A DNA stretch of 42,725 nucleotides. Origin: a virus. The DNA lies in the IMG/VR virus record IMGVR_UViG_3300033141_002573, positions 1 to 42,725 of that record; one strand, written 5' to 3'. Position numbers and translations under genes: made by a program. The notes beneath the pieces are model-generated. The model worked only from the letters and a program-made list of their open reading frames with translations. It searched no databases and was not told where the DNA came from. This document shows positions 1 through 8,645 of the stretch, one piece after another; position 1 is the first letter of the stretch, and each line of letters opens with the position of its first letter.

Positions 1-110
1 AGGCGATGGATATGCAAGCGTTCAGGGATGTGGATAACCGATATGCGTAACGGTGTAAAACAGGCACGATGGTGTAGCTACTACGAGGACACAGGTAAGT
101 AAGCAGAGGG

Positions 111-353
111 TTGGCAACGATAATGGAGAAAGACAGCCACTTCCCGTTGGAGCATATCAAGTATGGCTTCCGCTGGGGGCCGATGACCGTCGAGCGGGTG
201 ATAAGCGACCCTGAATGGGGTGTGGTGGTGCGCATTAGCACCCCAGACAGGGCGCTTGAGATACGAGCGTCGCCAGCGGGCCGGAAACTGGTTGCGACCC
301 CGATACCGGTATATAAGATACCGGACGAAAACCCTGAAGGGGAGGAAGATTGA
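111..353 (+). CDS. Hypothetical phage protein
   Basis: 80-aa ORF whose acidic tail overlaps the RBS/start of the next gene; fits the + strand gene tiling. Confidence 0.55.
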   Translation: MATIMEKDSHFPLEHIKYGFRWGPMTVERVISDPEWGVVVRISTPDRALEIRASPAGRKLVATPIPVYKIPDENPEGEED

Positions 354-646
354 TGGAAGACATTGTTGGTGGTATTCTGTTTGGGCTGTTGATCGGCACG
401 GTTGTGTTTCTAGGTATTCAATCATGTCTGCATGGTGATGCCCTACCACCGGGTGCTGTGGTAGAGGTGACCTTTCCAGACGGTCATGTTCAGCAACTGG
501 TGGACCCCGGTTGGATGAACTATCAGCCGCCTTACTCGCAGGGCATCGCGTTCGGCACTAAAGACGAACGCAGAGTCTATGCGCTGGAGGACATCAGCGA
601 GTACCGCGTGATTCTGAAGAAGCAGAAGACGGAGGGGGAACAATGA
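350..646 (+). CDS. Hypothetical membrane-anchored protein
   Basis: N-terminal hydrophobic segment IVGGILFGLLIGTVVFLGI; GGAGG RBS upstream; stop overlaps the next start (ATGA). Confidence 0.65.
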   Translation: MMEDIVGGILFGLLIGTVVFLGIQSCLHGDALPPGAVVEVTFPDGHVQQLVDPGWMNYQPPYSQGIAFGTKDERRVYALEDISEYRVILKKQKTEGEQ

Positions 647-801
647 CCGCAAATGTCAGATTGAGGCCGCACGAGATAGCACTGGTCGGCATCGCCTACG
701 GCATTCTGCGCTCGCTAACATTCGGCGGTGACTTCCCAGGCTGGGCTGCGGGCCGTTTAGCTGACTGGCTTGAGAGACGGGGATGTGGCGAAGCAGTATG
801 A
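643..801 (+). CDS. Small hypothetical protein (52 aa, not in the ORF track)
   Basis: Hand translation MTANVRLRPHEIALVGIAYGILRSLTFGGDFPGWAAGRLADWLERRGCGEAV; GGAGGGGG RBS; ATGA overlaps at both ends (643-646 and 798-801). Confidence 0.6.
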   Translation: MTANVRLRPHEIALVGIAYGILRSLTFGGDFPGWAAGRLADWLERRGCGEAV

Positions 802-1229
802 AAATAGACGAACCCTTCGTGCGTTGCTTTGAAGCTGCCCTGCGTAGGCAGGTGTTACTTATGCCCTCACCACTTGTGGGCACTTGGGTGTCTCACCGCG
901 TTAATGCAGACATCAATGAAATCTGCGATTGTATCGCAGAGGCCTCAAGGAATGCCAGTCTACTTCGTCAGTATTTACAGGAGGAGGTGGCGTCAATGGA
1001 TAACTCTGCTATTCTACTGCGAGCACTTCATTTGGCATGTCGTGTTGCGGTAATGGAAAGGGCAGAGCGACTAGCAGTTGAAACCGGTACTGTTCCTAGT
1101 GAAGACGTTGTAGGGGCAGCAGTAGATGCTATGATGGAAGATGCTGTGGAAGTTGCTGGTGGAAGCCCAGAACTACTTGTTGGTTTTGATACAGATGATA
1201 CTTCGGTTGCCCTAACTATACAGTTGTAA
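798..1229 (+). CDS. Hypothetical protein
   Basis: In-frame ATG at 798 coupled to the upstream stop; helical, acidic C-terminus. Confidence 0.6.
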   Translation: MKIDEPFVRCFEAALRRQVLLMPSPLVGTWVSHRVNADINEICDCIAEASRNASLLRQYLQEEVASMDNSAILLRALHLACRVAVMERAERLAVETGTVPSEDVVGAAVDAMMEDAVEVAGGSPELLVGFDTDDTSVALTIQL

Positions 1230-1267
1230 CCAACTATAAATGTACACAATGACTGGAGGTGATTTTC

Positions 1268-2611
1268 ATGCAGGCTAACCACCACATAATGTTCGGAAAC
1301 GTAGAAGATGTTCTTGGTTCACTAGAGACAGAAAGTGTGGACTGCTGTGTTACATCACCTCCTTATTGGCGACTCAGAGCGTACTCCGATGACCCTCGCG
1401 AGATTGGCAGGGAAGAAACACCGGAGGCCTATGTGGAGCGGCTGGTCGGTGTCTTCCGCGAGGTACGGCGTGTGCTCAAGCCGACGGGCACCGTCTGGCT
1501 GAACCTGGGAGACTCGTACGCGCGCGCAGGAGGTTGGTCTGACAACAGTGGGCTAGACGGCTTGCCGCGAGGCGAATCTGGACGGCCTATCTCGAACATT
1601 CCTAACAATGGAGGCATGTCGCAGAAGCTCGCGCCTGGCGTGAAATCGAAGGACCTTCTAGGAATCCCGTGGATGGCGGCTTTCGCGCTTCGGGCGGACG
1701 GCTGGTATCTCCGCCAGCGCATCGTGTGGGCGAAGGGCATATCCGGCGAAGCGTGCAGGCCTTGCCCCCAGTGCGGGCACAAGGCCTGGCACGGGAGCAA
1801 TATGCCCGAAAGCCCGAAGGACAGGCCTACGACCTCCTGCGAGGAGGTCTTCCTCCTGAGCAAGGAACCGCACTACTGGTATGACTACTGGGCGGTGCGC
1901 GAGGAGGGCGCGGAACCGGCAGGCACCAAGGGCGGTAAGGGTAGTGCCCGAAGGCTCGCCGAGGAGGGTGTCAATGCGAGACCACTGGAATACGCCGAGT
2001 ACGACGGCAAGCGCAACTGGCGGTCGGTATGGACTATCAGCCCAAAGGGTACTAAGTATGCGCATTTTGCAGTTTTCCCTCCGGCGTTGGCGGAGAACTG
2101 TATAAGGGCTGGGTGTCCACCACTGGTCTGTGCGGAGTGTGGGGCACCGTGGGAGCATCGGGTAAAGCGGACCGCGGCCAGGTCAAAGCTATGTCCTAAA
2201 ACCCAGGCGGCTCACGAGGCTCGCGGTGGTACTGGTAAACCTTCGGGCACGCTTGGGAAGTCAGGTGGCGGACGTGTAAACCCGACGATTATAGACCTCG
2301 GCTACCATCCCACTTGCTCTTGCGGCACTGAGCATCCCATACCGCAGGAGGAACTTGAGGCCGACCCGTCGCTCATAGATGACTTCGAGATAGAGCCTGC
2401 GCCGACCGTACCCGGTCTAGTTCTTGACCCCTTCTGTGGGTCGGGTACGGTCACCCAGGTCGCACGTAGGCTGGGCCGCCGTAGCATCGGTATTGAATTA
2501 CAGGGCAAGTATGAGCCTATAATACGACAACGTATTGTCGGTGGCTGTCTTTTTGACAGTCCGGGTGGACTGAGACGGTTGCCATCTAGGTTTGCCGCAG
2601 GGGAGCGGTGA
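1268..2611 (+). CDS. DNA methyltransferase, N4-cytosine/N6-adenine family (beta-class motif order)
   Basis: Catalytic TSPPYW near the N-terminus, RVLKPTGTVWLNLGDSY, HFAVFP, SAM-binding VLDPFCGSGT...GIEL at the C-terminus; Cys-rich insertions; GGAGGT RBS. Confidence 0.93.
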   Translation: MQANHHIMFGNVEDVLGSLETESVDCCVTSPPYWRLRAYSDDPREIGREETPEAYVERLVGVFREVRRVLKPTGTVWLNLGDSYARAGGWSDNSGLDGLPRGESGRPISNIPNNGGMSQKLAPGVKSKDLLGIPWMAAFALRADGWYLRQRIVWAKGISGEACRPCPQCGHKAWHGSNMPESPKDRPTTSCEEVFLLSKEPHYWYDYWAVREEGAEPAGTKGGKGSARRLAEEGVNARPLEYAEYDGKRNWRSVWTISPKGTKYAHFAVFPPALAENCIRAGCPPLVCAECGAPWEHRVKRTAARSKLCPKTQAAHEARGGTGKPSGTLGKSGGGRVNPTIIDLGYHPTCSCGTEHPIPQEELEADPSLIDDFEIEPAPTVPGLVLDPFCGSGTVTQVARRLGRRSIGIELQGKYEPIIRQRIVGGCLFDSPGGLRRLPSRFAAGER

Positions 2612-2655
2612 CGTACAGTACTTCACATGTGGATATTGTGTTTAGGAGGCACAAA

Positions 2656-3246
2656 ATGAAACAGGAAGAGTTGCCGAAGGTTGTTAGAGTCGAACAAGTC
2701 CCGTTTTGTTACTTTGGGGAAGCTACTGGGAAAGTGCGTGCTGCTTATGCTGTACGCATCGACAACCTCCAAGATGGGACATGGCGGGAAAACGGGCTAT
2801 GGGGTCTCTCGCCAGAGATGTGCAGCCAGATAGTAGACGCACGGTTTGTTATTGATACCTACGGCAGGGTAGCATGTGCGCATCTCTGGCACGAGGGTCT
2901 CGGTTTGTGGAATGACCCCTTATTGAAGCCGTTCGACACGATGGTGCGCGATATGCTCTTAGCTCCGGCTGTCAGCGCAATATGGTCAGGCTTCTATTTG
3001 CTTGCCGATTACCTGTATGACCCGGCTACGGAATCCTACGACCGAAAACGCAAACAAATAATAGCACGAATTATGGCATACGCTTGGTGGTGGAAGAAGA
3101 CTGGCCGTGGCTGCGTTGCTGAACATGCGCGGCTAAACGATAAGCGGACCCCTGAAGTTGTTGAGTTGTACTCACAGGTTCGTTCTCGCGAAATAGCATT
3201 GGCAGCACAGAACCGTATCGAGGTTGAGGCGGAACCAGATATGTAG
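2656..3246 (+). CDS. Hypothetical protein
   Basis: AGGAGG RBS before ATG 2656; long ORF in tiling; no family recognised. Confidence 0.65.
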   Translation: MKQEELPKVVRVEQVPFCYFGEATGKVRAAYAVRIDNLQDGTWRENGLWGLSPEMCSQIVDARFVIDTYGRVACAHLWHEGLGLWNDPLLKPFDTMVRDMLLAPAVSAIWSGFYLLADYLYDPATESYDRKRKQIIARIMAYAWWWKKTGRGCVAEHARLNDKRTPEVVELYSQVRSREIALAAQNRIEVEAEPDM

Positions 3247-3298
3247 GGTATGCCAAACAGACGGTTGCCCCCAACAGCAACTGAAAGGATAACGTGCT

Positions 3299-3538
3299 GT
3301 GGATGTAACACTCGAACAACAGTTGAGGCGGGATGCGATAGACTTTCTCGAAAGTGAACATCTCAATAATGTTGCTAAGATAGAACTGGAACGCAGGCTA
3401 AATGCTCGTGCGGAACGTGCTGCCAAACTAGAGGCTGCGCTTGCAGAGGCTGAGGCCCGACTTCGACACTACATGGCTGTGGCTAAGACCAAAGAGTCTC
3501 CTGAGTGCGGTTCCGGTAAGGAGAGTATTGTAAGATGA
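3299..3538 (+). CDS. Small coiled-coil protein, paralogue of the N-terminus of 4770-5966
   Basis: TLEQQL..D..DFL.S.HL..V.K.EL.RRL.ARA.RAAKLEA is shared with the ORF at 4770; ATGA overlap with the nucleotidyltransferase. Confidence 0.65.
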   Translation: MDVTLEQQLRRDAIDFLESEHLNNVAKIELERRLNARAERAAKLEAALAEAEARLRHYMAVAKTKESPECGSGKESIVR

Positions 3539-4323
3539 ATGGAATTGCTCAGTTGCGCGTTGAGGCGAAGGAGCAGTTTGGAAAAGAGCATGGTCTTCAG
3601 TTTTTGTCTTTTCGAGGAAGTGTTGCACACGGTACATACATTCCAAGTGACGACCCTTCTTCGGTTGATGATGTTGACCTTATTGGTTGGGTAACTGCCC
3701 CTTTGGATTGCTACTTCGGTCTTCGTGAATACGGTAGCCGAGGCACCAGAGAACTCAAGCACGGGCGGTGGGATGTTGTTCTGTATGAGGCAAGAAAACT
3801 CGTGAGCCTTTTGGCAAAAGGGAACCCAAATGTACTCTGTACTTTGTTTATGCCATCAGAGTTTGTGTTGGTACACAATTGGGCGCATGAACTGCTTGTG
3901 GTGAATCGTGACCTCTTTCTTACCCGTGAACTGTATACGTCGTTCATTGGTTATGCGTATAGCCAACTCAAACGAATGGAGCACCACGCATCTAAGGGGT
4001 ATATGGGTGCAAAGCGAAAGATTCTTTTGGAGAAACATGGATACGATACTAAGAATGCGTCGCATCTGATACGACTTCTGCGGATGGGTATTGAGTTGTT
4101 ACAAACCGGTAAGCTTAACGTGTGTAGGACAGGGCTCGATGCCGACGAGCTTATTGCTATCAAGCGGGGGGAGTGGACACTTAAACGTGTAAAGAAAGAG
4201 GCTGACAGGTTGTTTGAAGAATGCAATATGGCTTACGAACGTTCGCAGTTGCCTGACAGTATTGACAAAGAGGCCATCAATGAACTTTGCATTGATGTTT
4301 TAGAGACAGGAATATGGGGCTAA
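3535..4323 (+). CDS. Pol-beta-superfamily nucleotidyltransferase (YcgL/RlaP/T4 NrdC.11-like)
   Basis: GSVAHGT...SVDDVDL motif, LLAKGNPNVL, YDTKNASHLIRLLRMG and LIAIKRGEW are typical of this family. Confidence 0.88.
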   Translation: MNGIAQLRVEAKEQFGKEHGLQFLSFRGSVAHGTYIPSDDPSSVDDVDLIGWVTAPLDCYFGLREYGSRGTRELKHGRWDVVLYEARKLVSLLAKGNPNVLCTLFMPSEFVLVHNWAHELLVVNRDLFLTRELYTSFIGYAYSQLKRMEHHASKGYMGAKRKILLEKHGYDTKNASHLIRLLRMGIELLQTGKLNVCRTGLDADELIAIKRGEWTLKRVKKEADRLFEECNMAYERSQLPDSIDKEAINELCIDVLETGIWG

Positions 4324-4362
4324 CAGTAGAGCAAAGGTACACCACAGAAAGGGTGAGTTGCT

Positions 4363-4740
4363 ATGACCGAATACGACGTGACATACCCAGACAGCCGCGA
4401 GCTATGTACAGAGTTACAAAAACTCGCCGACGACTGTGGTAAGTGGGGGGCAAGGCGTGCCCAGAGTCTTGTGGCAAGGGCACGAGCACGTATCATCGAC
4501 CTTTGGGCTGTCTTGGAGAATGGCGTTGAACTTGCGGACCTCGATGCAGCACAGTTCGTGGTGAACCAGCTAACTATGGAGTTGAAGCGCGAGCGCGAGA
4601 AGAGAGAGCAACTTGAACTTGAGATTTGGAGGTTGCAGGAGGCGCTGTCTGATAGTGATATTGAGGCTGATAGAAGAGAGGCGGCTGGTTATGACCGTGG
4701 ATTTAAAGCAGGAAGCAGGTGTGCATCCGAGCTTAAGTAG
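4363..4740 (+). CDS. Hypothetical coiled-coil protein
   Basis: 125-aa ORF with RBS-like AAAGGGTGAG and a heptad-rich C-terminal half. Confidence 0.6.
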   Translation: MTEYDVTYPDSRELCTELQKLADDCGKWGARRAQSLVARARARIIDLWAVLENGVELADLDAAQFVVNQLTMELKREREKREQLELEIWRLQEALSDSDIEADRREAAGYDRGFKAGSRCASELK

Positions 4741-4769
4741 GGGTGGTCGGGATTAAGGAGGGAAATAAC

Positions 4770-5966
4770 ATGGGCACGACGCTTGAGCAGCAGTTGCAGC
4801 AGGATGGGTTAGACTTTCTAGGGAGTAATCATCTCGATGACGTAGGTAAGCGAGAATTGGGGCGGAGGTTGAAGGCTCGCGCAAAGCGTGCCGCGAAATT
4901 GGAGGCCGAACTCGTTAGGGTTCGCGAGTGGGCGGAGCAAGGAGAGAGATTGCGGGAGGCCGTGACCGACCATGGCTTCTACAGTAGTTCCAACTGGCGG
5001 ACGCTGATGGTGTGGGCCAACAGGGAGGGCCGTGGGATACTCGCGAATCGCTGCGCCGCAATTGCCAATGCGCTCGAAGTGGAGGAGCAGGAGGCTCCCG
5101 CAGAGTCAGACCAGGGTACTGAGAACACGGAGGAAAGCGCAATGAGCGAAGGGGGGGAAGTGACTATGCAAGATGATCTCAAGCGAGGATCGGAGGTCGC
5201 ATCGGAGGAGGCTAGGCAAGAGTTGCTCAGCATGATTCGCCGCCACCTCGCGGAGGTCTGCTATAACGCGAATGCCCTTGCCGACGAGCTAGAGTATGCT
5301 CAAAGTGAACTCGTGGCAGAGTTGCTGGGGCGCGAGCCAAATAGAATTAGTGGGGATAGCGCCGTGAAGCAGTTCAAGCTGATAAGGTCGCGGCTTGGCC
5401 GCGCCCAGAGGAGAATCGCCGAGATGCGGAATCGCTGCGCGGCCATTGCGGACGCGCTCGAAGCGCAGGAGGCCGAGACTGGCACGGAAACCGAACCGCC
5501 AGAGGGGGAGGGCGACTCGACCGCCGACCTGGACGACGTGGCGAACGAGATTATGCTCTCGGATATGGAGCGGCGTGGCGTTATACCCCCCCTGGAGGTC
5601 CCATCCGAGCAGGAAGCCGATGCCAAGCAACCCTGCCCGCACGAGCAGGCAGAGTGGGACGATAGCCGGGCCGTATGGGTGTACGAGAGCCGGTCTCACG
5701 AGATAGAGTATGCGAGCGAGCCGAGTACACCTTGCCACGTCTGCGGCAAGCCGCTGCCGCCGAAGCCTGTTGAGTTTCTCACCTGGGAGGAGTGCTGGGA
5801 ACGGCTGCCCGCGTCAGTTTGTATTGACCGTCACCCTGATGGCTCATATTGGGCATACGGTCGGGATGATGATGACTGGTCAACCTATCAGGCAACCGGA
5901 CAGTCGGTACTCGCTGCCCTCCGCGCCCTCGTGGCCGTTATGGAGGAGGCTAAGCATGGCGACTAA
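4770..5966 (+). CDS. Mosaic multi-module hypothetical protein with an internal repeat and a Zn-finger-like CPHE...CHVCG
   Basis: AAGGAGGG RBS before ATG 4770; NRCAAIA(N/D)ALE occurs twice; in-frame internal RBS+ATG at 5142 and 5166. Confidence 0.7.
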   Translation: MGTTLEQQLQQDGLDFLGSNHLDDVGKRELGRRLKARAKRAAKLEAELVRVREWAEQGERLREAVTDHGFYSSSNWRTLMVWANREGRGILANRCAAIANALEVEEQEAPAESDQGTENTEESAMSEGGEVTMQDDLKRGSEVASEEARQELLSMIRRHLAEVCYNANALADELEYAQSELVAELLGREPNRISGDSAVKQFKLIRSRLGRAQRRIAEMRNRCAAIADALEAQEAETGTETEPPEGEGDSTADLDDVANEIMLSDMERRGVIPPLEVPSEQEADAKQPCPHEQAEWDDSRAVWVYESRSHEIEYASEPSTPCHVCGKPLPPKPVEFLTWEECWERLPASVCIDRHPDGSYWAYGRDDDDWSTYQATGQSVLAALRALVAVMEEAKHGD

Positions 5967-6171
5967 CCCCAGCACAAAGGTCCGCAACCTGCAAGCCGAG
6001 ATAAAGTCGGCTTTGGGGGAGGCGGAAGGCACACGCGAGAGGGAGTTGGAAATCTCGCATGACGTGCTGGAAGATTGGATCTGGCGACTCGAAAGCATTC
6101 GCTGGGATTGTCTTCACCTGGAGAACGACGGCACGGTTCCTGAGAATTGGGAGGAGTTTAGCCAATGTTGA
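5956..6171 (+). CDS. Hypothetical protein
   Basis: GGAGGAGG RBS, ATG 5956 (MATNPSTK...), overlaps its neighbours. Confidence 0.6.
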   Translation: MATNPSTKVRNLQAEIKSALGEAEGTRERELEISHDVLEDWIWRLESIRWDCLHLENDGTVPENWEEFSQC

Positions 6172-6407
6172 TCCTAAGGATGGTAGCAACTAGCGGCAGC
6201 ATCGTATGTCCGTATCCGTACTTCGCCGTATCCGATAAGAATACATCATTCTGGCCGCTCTTGGAACTCAACGGGGGGGAGCAGCACCTCCGCATTCACA
6301 TCGCACCGTATCTTGTAGATGCGCTATACGCCGAGCTTGGGCAAATTCGTACGCGGCTAGAGGCTGCTGCGGAGAAGATGGCCGAGGAGGGACGTAAGAA
6401 TGGATAG
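6165..6407 (+). CDS. Hypothetical protein
   Basis: GGAGGAG RBS, tiling. Confidence 0.55.
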   Translation: MLILRMVATSGSIVCPYPYFAVSDKNTSFWPLLELNGGEQHLRIHIAPYLVDALYAELGQIRTRLEAAAEKMAEEGRKNG

Positions 6408-6612
6408 GTTTGAAATGGAGAAACTCCTGGCCGGAATGAGCGATACGGAAATACATGAGTTACGGTATCTTCTCGGATTGGAAACGCACAGGCGCTGGGT
6501 CATAAGAAATGCTTTTGATGTTACCGACTCTGGGACATTGCGCCCCATACCTAGACAGGTCAGAACCAAGTTGGAGGACATCGCAGAAGAGGATAGTACA
6601 AATGGAACGTAA
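6400..6612 (+). CDS. Hypothetical protein
   Basis: GAGGAGGG RBS, tiling. Confidence 0.55.
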   Translation: MDRFEMEKLLAGMSDTEIHELRYLLGLETHRRWVIRNAFDVTDSGTLRPIPRQVRTKLEDIAEEDSTNGT

Positions 6613-6763
6613 CTATTTAGGATGTCGGAAGGATAATGTCGTGCAGATGCCGCCCAAGCGGACAATGCGCGTGTGGGTGCGTGTACGGTACGTGAGGAAG
6701 GCGAAGCCGTTAGTTGTAGAACCTATAACCGAGGAGGACGATGATAGCAATGAAGAGGCTTGA
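6602..6763 (+). CDS. Small hypothetical protein
   Basis: ATG 6602 after AGAGGA, in the frame of ORF 6509-6763. Confidence 0.4.
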   Translation: MERNYLGCRKDNVVQMPPKRTMRVWVRVRYVRKAKPLVVEPITEEDDDSNEEA

Positions 6764-7037
6764 ACCGCAGGACGCGCCGTTGGGTATCGTTGCAATGAAG
6801 CCTGAGGGTCCGTGGCATGTGCTCTACGCCGAAGACGCCTCTACGCCTGCTGGTGATACATCTCACCATGATGGTGAACGCTGGTCATTCTGGGGCGACA
6901 TATTGTGCCGAGGGGACGATGCACCCTATCTCAACTTTCATTACCTACGCATCCCGGCCGACCTGCCGCCGGGAGCGCGATTGTGTAAGAAGTGTGAGAT
7001 GGTACTTAGAAGGAGGAAGAATACAAGTGGAAACTAG
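6741..7037 (+). CDS. His/Cys3 zinc-finger-like protein, paralogue 1 of 3
   Basis: DAPLGIVAMKPEGPWHV...W.FW...C...LRIPADLPPGARLCKKCE. Confidence 0.75.
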   Translation: MIAMKRLEPQDAPLGIVAMKPEGPWHVLYAEDASTPAGDTSHHDGERWSFWGDILCRGDDAPYLNFHYLRIPADLPPGARLCKKCEMVLRRRKNTSGN

Positions 7038-7323
7038 CAGGACACTCGATGCACCGTTGGGCATCGTAGCAATGCAACCTGAGGGTCCGTGGCATGTTGT
7101 AGCTATTCATGAGGAAAAGGCACTTCCTGCTGGTGAGGTCTGGCATGGCAATGGGATTGCCTGGACGTTTTGGGCGGACACTCTTTGCATAAACACCGGT
7201 ATGGACAGGGAGTGGGTCTTCTGGCCTTATTTTAGGTTCCCAGCCGACCTACCACCGGGAGCACGATTGTGTAAGAGGTGTGAGATGCTACTTAGAAAGG
7301 GGAAGCGAAAGAATGAAGACTGA
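7027..7323 (+). CDS. His/Cys3 zinc-finger-like protein, paralogue 2 of 3
   Basis: GTG 7027 after AGGAGG; DAPLGIVAMQPEGPWHV...FRFPADLPPGARLCKRCE. Confidence 0.75.
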   Translation: METSRTLDAPLGIVAMQPEGPWHVVAIHEEKALPAGEVWHGNGIAWTFWADTLCINTGMDREWVFWPYFRFPADLPPGARLCKRCEMLLRKGKRKNED

Positions 7324-7585
7324 CAAGAAACTCGATGCGCCGTTAGGTATAGTAGCAATGAAGCCAGGGGGGCCGTGGCATGTCGTTGAGGCTATCTCGC
7401 CCTATATGACAGCAGCGGAGGGCCATAAGTATAGCGGCGAATGGGTTTTCTGGGCTACCGCACGGTGTGGTCCGTATGGGGGCTTCAGGGGTTGGTGTTA
7501 CCTGCGCATCCCCGCAGACCTGCCGCCGGGGGCGCGGCTGTGCAAAAAGTGTGAGAAGGCGCTGAAAAAATGGGAGGAGGGATAG
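7313..7585 (+). CDS. His/Cys3 zinc-finger-like protein, paralogue 3 of 3
   Basis: ATG 7313; DAPLGIVAMKPGGPWHV...LRIPADLPPGARLCKKCE. Confidence 0.75.
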   Translation: MKTDKKLDAPLGIVAMKPGGPWHVVEAISPYMTAAEGHKYSGEWVFWATARCGPYGGFRGWCYLRIPADLPPGARLCKKCEKALKKWEEG

Positions 7586-7588
7586 CAA

Positions 7589-7798
7589 ATGGGTATGCCA
7601 ATCTACACGGGTAGTGTACTGGATGTTGACCCAGACGCGGTGTACCAGGAGATTGCTCAGGTGCGTATAGCATTTGAGCACCTCGTACCGGCAGATGTGC
7701 TGGCAGAGGGCGACACCGTAGCCGTGATTCCGCTGGGGGACGGCAGGTACGAGGCATTGCTGGCGCTGGCCGCACAGGAGGATGAGGCAGATGACTGA
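7589..7798 (+). CDS. Hypothetical acidic protein
   Basis: GGAGGAGGG RBS, tiling. Confidence 0.6.
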   Translation: MGMPIYTGSVLDVDPDAVYQEIAQVRIAFEHLVPADVLAEGDTVAVIPLGDGRYEALLALAAQEDEADD

Positions 7799-8060
7799 GA
7801 AACGGAAGTGGAAGCTTGTAGAGTGCGAGTACCTGGAAGATAGCTACCGCGAATTGTATGTACACAAGAGGACAGGTATATTGCGGGAGATAACAGAGCC
7901 TTGGGCTACGCCAGCAGTATGGTACTGGCACCCACAAGATAAGAGCAACGGCGCACCCTACGTAGCCTTTGCAGATGCCTTACAGCAAGCGGTAGACTTG
8001 GGGCTAGTGCCGGAGGAGATAGAGCTAGAGGAATTGGGAAAGGGGCCTACGGGTGACTAA
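7791..8060 (+). CDS. Hypothetical protein
   Basis: ATG 7791 after GAGG, tiling. Confidence 0.6.
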   Translation: MTEKRKWKLVECEYLEDSYRELYVHKRTGILREITEPWATPAVWYWHPQDKSNGAPYVAFADALQQAVDLGLVPEEIELEELGKGPTGD

Positions 8061-8316
8061 CAGCAGGCGCTACACAGTCAAGAGTACAAGGTACTACCGC
8101 CGCGACCTCATGCGCGTCTTGGAGGGCAAGCGGCCAGACCGCCTGGCCGTAGCAGAGTTCGCCCTGCTCTATTTCGGCGGGGGCACCTGCATTGCCCTCT
8201 GGCGGGGTCTTCGCCGACTGGCGCGGAGGGCCTGGAGCGCGTTGCAGACGCTTGGAGTGCTGGCGGCCTGCTGGTGGTGGGTCTTGTGGGAGAGGAAGCG
8301 CGTTAGTCGGAGGTAG
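8053..8316 (+). CDS. Hypothetical basic, possibly membrane protein
   Basis: GTG start after AAGGGG; Trp-rich hydrophobic C-terminus. Confidence 0.45.
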   Translation: MTNSRRYTVKSTRYYRRDLMRVLEGKRPDRLAVAEFALLYFGGGTCIALWRGLRRLARRAWSALQTLGVLAACWWWVLWERKRVSRR

Positions 8317-8322
8317 AGCACG

Positions 8323-8520
8323 ATGCCTGCGGACGGATGCGCCGTAAGCAGTCGGCCTGATGCGGAGTTCGTATGCAGGTTTTGCGGGCATAAGCTGGTG
8401 CCTGATATGGCAGGTAGCCATTACCCAGGCCTGTACTTTTACGTTTGCCTCAGGTGCCAGAACTGGGTGCGCGACGGAATGCACATGCGTGACGAGGAAA
8501 AGGCGAACGATGAAAATTAA
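8323..8520 (+). CDS. Small Zn-ribbon protein
   Basis: GGAGGT RBS; CRFC...CLRC. Confidence 0.6.
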   Translation: MPADGCAVSSRPDAEFVCRFCGHKLVPDMAGSHYPGLYFYVCLRCQNWVRDGMHMRDEEKANDEN

Positions 8521-8540
8521 GAAACGTGTCACGAAGGATC

Positions 8541-8626
8541 GGAGAGGTATGCAAGTGGCAAAGCAAGCGGTCTGTAAAACCGCTGGCCTGAGGTCTTCGC
8601 AGGTTCGAGTCCTGCCCTCTCCACCA
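8541..8626 (+). tRNA. trnY: tRNA-Tyr(GTA)
   Basis: Acceptor stem GGAGAGG/CCTCTCC + A73 + encoded CCA; D arm; anticodon stem GCGGT/ACCGC with loop CTGTAAA (GTA at 8574-8576); long variable arm; T arm GCAGG-TTCGAGT-CCTGC; bacterial-type G1-C72. Confidence 0.96.
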
Positions 8627-8645
8627 GACGAGCAGGAGGCCGAAG

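Noticed and set aside
6741-7585. Diversity-generating retroelement TR/VR pair or CRISPR-like array
   Set aside because: Differences include indels and synonymous changes at all bases rather than adenine-specific ones; all copies are coding; no reverse transcriptase or cas gene in the window
8541-8626. tRNA as a prophage attachment site
   Set aside because: No integrase or duplicated tRNA 3' end in the window, and phage-like genes continue on both sides
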